From: Candidatus Bruticola sp.
GTDB taxonomy: Bacteria; Vulcanimicrobiota; Xenobia; Xenobiales; Xenobiaceae
NCBI GenBank assembly: GCA_051874735.1
Contig: JBJEGD010000039.1
Location: 23,838 to 75,906, forward strand
Length of the DNA: 52,069 bases
Reading direction: 5' to 3'
The notes beneath the pieces were generated by a model. It saw only the letters and a program-made list of their open reading frames with translations. It was not told where the DNA came from and searched no databases. Positions 49,764-52,069 of this stretch are shown here, in pieces. Positions within the stretch are counted from its first letter, which is position 1. Each line of letters begins with the position of its first letter. The translations under genes and the position numbers were made by a program.

Positions 49764-49845
49764 AAATAAGACATACCCGTAACTATATGTAAACGCCTAA
49801 CCGCACCTTCTATCTGCATAACTCTATTCCCGCTTTTCAAAAGAC

Positions 49846-50940
49846 TCACGGAAGATCGTGGCGATCAGAAAAGGCAGGCAGTCCCAAAATTTCGCCGTTA
49901 TAAATACTGCTCATAATTTTCAAAGAGTATTGGCAGCAGCCAGCACATTTACTGACAAGTTGCCTGGCCCGTTCCAGGCTGCCACTTTGCCAAACTTCAG
50001 CAAAATTTTGAAAAGCTAAGTTAGCCAGCGGTTCTTGACGCAGTCCGCAAGTTGCTAAGCTACCATCAGGCATAATGTAAAGAATGCTGCGATTAGCTAA
50101 ACAGGTGAAACGCTTACTGCTAACACTATTCTGAGCTTGAGCATAAAGACGTTTAACTGTGCGCCTCAATAAAAAAGCCTCCCAGAAAGACAATCCTTCA
50201 TTTTGCTTATAGATATTTTCCAACCGGCGGCCAAAAGCTTCCAAATCGTCTATGAGAGCTCGGGAATCTTCTGGACGACCTGGCTCCAAAAAAGGCCAAA
50301 CCCAAAATCCGGGGATAAAGTTAAGCTTTTCTCGATGGCACAGATCTAGAATCCAGGGCAGATCAGACTCAGTTTCAGGAGCAATATTGTAATTTATGCC
50401 AATGGTAAAACGGCGGCGGCGCATGATAGGAAGCAAGGCCTCTAAACTGGCCATAGTTTTGTCAAAAGCTCCAGGACAACCGCGCAGTTTATCATGGATT
50501 TTTCCTCTTCCCTCAAGAGACAAACGAATATGTAAACCGGGACGACCGCACTGCTGAGCAAAATCGAGTAAACGGTCGGTCATAGTACCATTAGACATAA
50601 CGACTAAACAGTAAGGATTTAGACGCTTCTGCATATGGCTGATAATTTCCGTACAATCCGGACGCAGAAAAGGTTCGCCTCCGCTAACTTTGATAATATC
50701 CAGAGCAGGCAAATTATCTATAAGACGTAGAAAATCGCTGGTGCGGGCTTGAATAAAACGCTCTTTCTTCCAAACACTACACATGACGCACTTTAAATTG
50801 CATTTCCAAGAAAGCATAAAGTGGGCCATTCTCGGCTGAAACAGCCGACCCGCTCTGTTAGCGCAGATAGAACCGGCTGTTCCCCAAACCATTTTAGCGA
50901 AACTTAAGCATCTCTTTAACGGCTGAAAATCCATTACCAA
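49846..50940 (-). CDS. Radical SAM protein with SPASM/twitch-like C-terminus
   Basis: CNLKCVMC, SGGEPFLR, HDKLRG, C-terminal CLA...PDG.L.TC...CAGC. Confidence 0.9.
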   Translation of the reverse strand: MVMDFQPLKRCLSFAKMVWGTAGSICANRAGRLFQPRMAHFMLSWKCNLKCVMCSVWKKERFIQARTSDFLRLIDNLPALDIIKVSGGEPFLRPDCTEIISHMQKRLNPYCLVVMSNGTMTDRLLDFAQQCGRPGLHIRLSLEGRGKIHDKLRGCPGAFDKTMASLEALLPIMRRRRFTIGINYNIAPETESDLPWILDLCHREKLNFIPGFWVWPFLEPGRPEDSRALIDDLEAFGRRLENIYKQNEGLSFWEAFLLRRTVKRLYAQAQNSVSSKRFTCLANRSILYIMPDGSLATCGLRQEPLANLAFQNFAEVWQSGSLERARQLVSKCAGCCQYSLKIMSSIYNGEILGLPAFSDRHDLP

Positions 50941-50941
50941 G

Positions 50942-52069
50942 CTACCGACTAACTTGGTCGTTATAGACCTTCTTTTCCAAACCGCAAGCCGTTTCGTAAG
51001 TGCGAACTCCGTTGCTAATATCTCCCATAGCGAAATACTGGTCAGCTTCAGCAGCTAATTTTTCTTTATTTTTAACTTTGCTTGAAGAGAGCTTAGGAGT
51101 AAAATAATTCTTTAATAAACTAACAGCCGTCTCTTCAGCCTGCTTAACCAACTTATCCTGTTCCTTGCCATCAGGATCATTACCAGAATTAGCTAATTTC
51201 TGTGCTTTACTGTCGAACTCATCAATAGCACTGCTGTCCGATCCAGAAAAAGACAAGTAATCACGGGCATACATATACTGACTGACCGTAATATCTCTTT
51301 GTACTATAGGATTGTCCACTTTGCGATAAATAGGAGGAGTGAGGATGGCCATCTCCAGATCGCTGATGGTAACTTTATTCTGCTCTTCTGTTATAGGCGC
51401 CACCTGTCCACTTGCTGCAGATGGCGGAACAGGCGGAGTGGGATCCTGACGCTTAGGCCCTGCTGGTCCTCCTGTGTCAGTACTATAGCTGGCTGTGGTA
51501 TCAGTTCTTGCCCCTACAACTCTAGGAGGCTGGGCATCTTTACCTAATTCAGGGGTGATAAAATATCCCCAATAACCTATGGCAGCCATTAACAGAACGG
51601 CTGCCGCCGCCATACCGACGACAGAAGAGGTGCTGCGCTCTTTACACTTACTTGACGAAGCAGTCTGAACTTTTTCAGCAGGCGCAGACTTTTGAGCCTC
51701 AGCTTTTTCAGCGGAAACAGATTCTTGAGCTTCGGCCTTGTCAGCAGAAGCAGATCCTTGAGCCTCAGCCTTGTCAGCAGAAGCAGATCCTTGAGCCTCG
51801 GCCTTGTCAGCAGGCGCAGACTCTTGAACCTCGGCCTTATCAGCGGAAACAGATTCTTGAGCTTTGGCCTTGTCAGCGGAACCAGACTTTTGAGCTTCGG
51901 CCTTGTCAGCAGAAGCAGATCCTTGAGCCTCAGCCTTGTCAGCGGAAGCAGATCCTTGAGCCTCGGCCTTGTCAGCGGAAGCAGATCCTTGAGCCTCGGC
52001 CTTGTCAGCGGAAGCAGACTTTTGAGCTTCGGCCTTGTCAGCAGAAGCAGATCCTTGAGCCTCAGCCTT
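50942..52069 (-). CDS. Bitopic membrane protein with 11-aa tandem repeats, paralogue of 48603-49763; 5' end outside the window
   Basis: The frame stays open upstream of 51613 into (KAEAQGSASAD)n; the C-terminal VSQYMYA...FDSKAQK..SGND matches 48603-49763. Confidence 0.8.
   Translation of the reverse strand, partial: KAEAQGSASADKAEAQKSASADKAEAQGSASADKAEAQGSASADKAEAQGSASADKAEAQKSGSADKAKAQESVSADKAEVQESAPADKAEAQGSASADKAEAQGSASADKAEAQESVSAEKAEAQKSAPAEKVQTASSSKCKERSTSSVVGMAAAAVLLMAAIGYWGYFITPELGKDAQPPRVVGARTDTTASYSTDTGGPAGPKRQDPTPPVPPSAASGQVAPITEEQNKVTISDLEMAILTPPIYRKVDNPIVQRDITVSQYMYARDYLSFSGSDSSAIDEFDSKAQKLANSGNDPDGKEQDKLVKQAEETAVSLLKNYFTPKLSSSKVKNKEKLAAEADQYFAMGDISNGVRTYETACGLEKKVYNDQVSR
51675..52069. 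repeat. 33-bp coding tandem repeat, about 12 units, running off the window end
   Basis: Unit like CCTTGTCAGCAGAAGCAGATCCTTGAGCCTCAG with variants. Confidence 0.95.

Noticed and set aside
51675-52069. Possible CRISPR array or non-coding repeat
   Set aside because: The 33-bp period is a multiple of 3 and lies in the open frame of the 50942 gene; there are no spacers.

Overview
A bacterial chromosomal segment of moderate GC with no integrase, transposase, phage gene, rRNA or CRISPR array that I can recognise. It carries five tRNA genes: a tandem tRNA-Pro(GGG) pair and a stand-alone Ile-Ile-Ala cluster. Housekeeping and envelope genes include a GT9 glycosyltransferase, a uridine kinase-like protein, two PilT-family ATPases, a Zn-dependent dehydrogenase, an ABC permease, an alpha-2-macroglobulin, fabF-rnc-DUF167 and mnmA. 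An arsR-arsD-arsA-acr3 cassette sits between two near-identical hairpins, and there is a flavin reductase/rubredoxin/rubrerythrin fusion. The most striking observation is at 31381-34757: five intact, co-oriented membrane ORFs read by eye as highly diverged NuoA, NuoH, NuoJ, NuoK and a truncated NuoN. They are in canonical order but lack the peripheral subunits and NuoL/M, and the proton-translocating charged residues are replaced (both NuoK Glu are Gln). They lie directly behind two beta-propeller-like envelope proteins. Other oddities are a 1088-aa coiled-coil protein with a C-terminal Cys-His amidase-like domain and no signal peptide, a stand-alone degenerate Rossmann domain next to a full dehydrogenase, a thioester-less macroglobulin, and a radical SAM gene flanked by two repeat-containing paralogues. 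All family calls come from motif recognition by eye; no database search was run.
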